This document shows positions 61,089 to 64,000 of a stretch of 64,000 nt of DNA, piece after piece. Each line of letters starts with the position of its first letter. Position 1 is the stretch's first letter. The stretch is from NCBI RefSeq assembly GCF_001194135.2, contig NC_068983.1, positions 24,230,802 through 24,294,801 of the forward strand. The letters run 5' to 3'. This stretch comes from Octopus bimaculoides (Eukaryota). The notes beneath the pieces were generated by a model, which did not search any database, was not told the origin of the DNA, and was given only the letters and a program-made list of their open reading frames with translations. Both the position numbers and the translations under genes were made by a program.

Positions 61089-61374
61089 TAGGCAGAGTAA
61101 TCTGAATACTAAAGGATTAGGTGATTTCTTTTGACTGGGTACATGGCTAATATTTGTATGCAAAGACTCCTCATTAGCAATGTAATCACAGAAATGGTAG
61201 AGTGCCTGATTAAATGTGTTACAGTTTCTTATTTTTATTTTTGTATTCTGGCTTCATCTCCTTTATTCTTCAGAGGCACTATTATGACATACAAAGTGCT
61301 TGGGGCATTTCAAACATAATGGAGCTTATCTGCCTAAGACCTGACTATAGCCATTTTCTTTCAGAAATTGCAAG

Positions 61375-61591
61375 AGAGGCAGGGAGGGAGAGGAGAGAAG
61401 GCAAGAGGGGGAGGAGAGAGAGACAAAGAATGAGAGAGAGGGGGCAGACAGATATAAAATAAGAGAGAGAGAGAAAGAGAGATAGGCATATATAAAGAAA
61501 GAGGGAGAAAGAGGACAATGGACATAGAGAGAGAAAGAGGCAGACAGCCATAAAGAGAGAGAGAGAGAGAGAGAGAGAGAGCAAGAGACAG

Positions 61592-61636
<45 letters not shown>

Positions 61637-61637
61637 N
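61375..61637. repeat. GA-rich / (GA)n microsatellite running into gap
   Basis: Directly visible. Confidence 0.95.
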
Positions 61638-62190
61638 NNNNNNNNNNNNNNNNNNNNNNNNNNNNNNNNNNNNNNNNNNNNNNNNNNNNNNNNNNNNNNN
61701 NNNNNNNNNNNNNNNNNNNNNNNNNNNNNNNNNNNNNNNNNNNNNNNNNNNNNNNNNNNNNNNNNNNNNNNNNNNNNNNNNNNNNNNNNNNNNNNNNNNN
61801 NNNNNNNNNNNNNNNNNNNNNNNNNNNNNNNNNNNNNNNNNNNNNNNNNNNNNNNNNNNNNNNNNNNNNNNNNNNNNNNNNNNNNNNNNNNNNNNNNNNN
61901 NNNNNNNNNNNNNNNNNNNNNNNNNNNNNNNNNNNNNNNNNNNNNNNNNNNNNNNNNNNNNNNNNNNNNNNNNNNNNNNNNNNNNNNNNNNNNNNNNNNN
62001 NNNNNNNNNNNNNNNNNNNNNNNNNNNNNNNNNNNNNNNNNNNNNNNNNNNNNNNNNNNNNNNNNNNNNNNNNNNNNNNNNNNNNNNNNNNNNNNNNNNN
62101 NNNNNNNNNNNNNNNNNNNNNNNNNNNNNNNNNNNNNNNNNNNNNNNNNNNNNNNNNNNNNNNNNNNNNNNNNNNNNNNNNNNNNNNNNN

Positions 62191-62790
62191 CATCATTATC
62201 GTTTAACGTCCGTTTTCCATGCTGGCATGGGTTGGATGGTTTAACTGGAGACTGGTAAGCCAGGAGGCCACACAAGACTCCAATCTGATCTGGCAGTGTT
62301 TCGACAGCTGGATGCCCTTCCTAATGCCAACCACTCTGAGAGTGTATCGAGTGCTTTTTACATGCCACTGGCATGGGAGCCAGTCAGGTGGCACTGGCAT
62401 CAGCCATGTTTGGATGGTGCTTTTTACATGATTCCAGCACAGGAGCCAGTTAGGGCCGGGATGGCAGGTGGGGGGGGGAGCTGGCATCGACCATGTTTGG
62501 ACCATGCTTTCTACATGCCACCGGCATGAGGAGCCAGTAAGGTGGCACTGGCAACGACCCACGCATGAATGGTGCTTATTGCGTGCCACCAGCACAGGAG
62601 CCAGTCAGGCGGCACTAGCATCGGTCACAACTACAATTTCCATTTGATTGTGATTTGATTTGACTTTGATTTTGATTTTACTTGACCCAATAGGTTTCCT
62701 GGTTATGTGACACTAGTATAGGCTACGGCTGTGATCTCACTTTACTTGCCAGGTTTTCTCAATCACAGCATATCTTCAGAGGTCTCAGTC
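62191..62790 (-). mobile_element. RTE-type 3' end with ~4 tandem ~57-bp UTR units
   Basis: Family C tail, then the repeated unit gtgctttttacatgccaccggcac..ggagccagtcagg.ggcactggcatc. Confidence 0.85.
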
Positions 62791-63799
62791 TTTTGTCATG
62801 ATTGAAAAAAATTATTATCAATCAAGTTACAGGTGTTGCTGTAACTGACTCTTCTCCTGTCCTCAAAATTTTCTGTCTTTGTGCAAAAATCACAAAAAAA
62901 ATATATTACATATTCTATCAATAATGGAAGAATGGCCAGCAATGTTGCATCTGGTGGGATTTGAACTCAGAACATAATAAAAAGTAGCTAAATTATTCAG
63001 CATTTTTAGTCCAGGGTTCTACTGTTCTTTCTACCTTTATATGAAAGAACATATTTAAAATACCTCTTTGAATGAGTAGAGAGAGAGAGAGAGAGAGAAA
63101 GAGAAAGAGAGAGTATTGTTATTAAATGTTGTCATCTACTAATGAGCTTCTCTGAGGAATATGAAAAGATGAATTAGCAATCATCTGGATATTTGGAATA
63201 TTTTCCTAACAAATTGAACAATACACAAGAGAGTCTTCACAAGAATATTGTTCTCTCAAATAGAAATGAAAGTGTGTTGTTTAGTAATTATTATTTATGT
63301 CACAGAGTATTTGGACTCCCAACTGATGGTAATTTCTGCTCTTCAATAGATCAGCATTCATGAATACTTCTTCTTATCACTGCAGTTACTCAATTGGATA
63401 CTTTAGCCATTGCTGAGAAGAGATAATCCACTGTAATAATACAAACAAGTACACACAAGTGAATGCTGGTGTAATTTCTGTTTTTTTTTTTTTTTTTGTC
63501 ATCCACTTGAGTAAGGTCTCATTAGCAGCACTGCTGGCTCAAGAGTTGCTACCATCTTGTTTGGTTACATGCTGACAGCTTAGTTACCATACTTAATATT
63601 GTTATACATTTTATAAATGAATGAAACAAGTAAAAGAATATGTATAAAAGTGTGTGAGTATATATGCGCACGTATGTGTGTGTGTGTGTGTGTGTATAGG
63701 TATGTATGTATATATATATATGTGTGTGTGTATATGTATATATGTATGTATATGTGTGTATTGTATATATATATGTATATGTGTGTATTGTATACCATC

Positions 63800-64000
63800 T
63801 TGAGCGTGACCGTTGCCAGTACCGCCTGACTGGCCTTTGTAGGGTTTTCGAGCGAGATCATTGCCAGTGCCCCTGGACTGGCTCTTGTGAGGGTGGCACA
63901 TAAAAGACACCATTTTGAGCGTGGCCGTTTTCGTGCGGGTGACACGTAGAAGCACCCACTACACTCTCTGAATGGTTGGCGTTAGCAAGGGCATCCAGCT
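63800..64000 (+). mobile_element. RTE-type 3' UTR (cut by window end)
   Basis: TTCGTGCGGGTGACACGTAGAAGCACCCACTACACTCTCTGAATGGTTGGCGTTAGCAAGGGCATCCAGCT preceded by repeated UTR units. Confidence 0.88.

Noticed and set aside
6167-63430. Assigning a gene name (SERCA, kinesin light chain, complexin, VAMP, QKI and similar genes with alternative C-termini) to the candidate last exons
   Set aside because: None of the peptides matches these families convincingly and no constant upstream exon is visible.
1-64000. Long ORFs in the track rich in X, HT, VC, YI, SL, ER or poly-M/H/S/I
   Set aside because: They are translations of N gaps and di/trinucleotide microsatellites.

Overview
Eukaryotic, AT-rich, repeat-saturated genomic DNA with 16 assembly gaps (about 5.6 kb of N). 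The SINE/LINE repertoire and the microsatellite load point to an octopus (coleoid cephalopod) draft assembly; this is inferred from repeat families, not from a database search. Almost every ORF in the supplied track is a microsatellite, gap or repeat artefact. Well-supported content: at least four tRNA-derived SINE families (about 35 copies), RTE, RTE-X, R4/Dong, Tx1/L1 and older LINE relics, a full-length dead mariner with TIRs and TA TSD, a half mariner, an internally deleted DD37D(maT)-like element, hAT, mariner and TTAA-type MITEs, a 700-bp foldback element, and mini/microsatellites. A CpG-rich, promoter-like segment lies at about 1.5-3.2 kb. I could not recognise any host protein. Several short splice-site-bounded unique segments on both strands are offered only as low-confidence candidate exons. 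The most interesting hypotheses are: a cluster of strong minus-strand acceptors each followed by a short stop-terminated frame (possible alternative last exons, 54.7-63.4 kb); modular SINE tail swapping at an internal microsatellite; a 120-bp triple-hairpin element; and a hammerhead-like relic split by a hAT MITE. None is proven from sequence alone. There is no CRISPR array, rRNA or bona fide tRNA gene.
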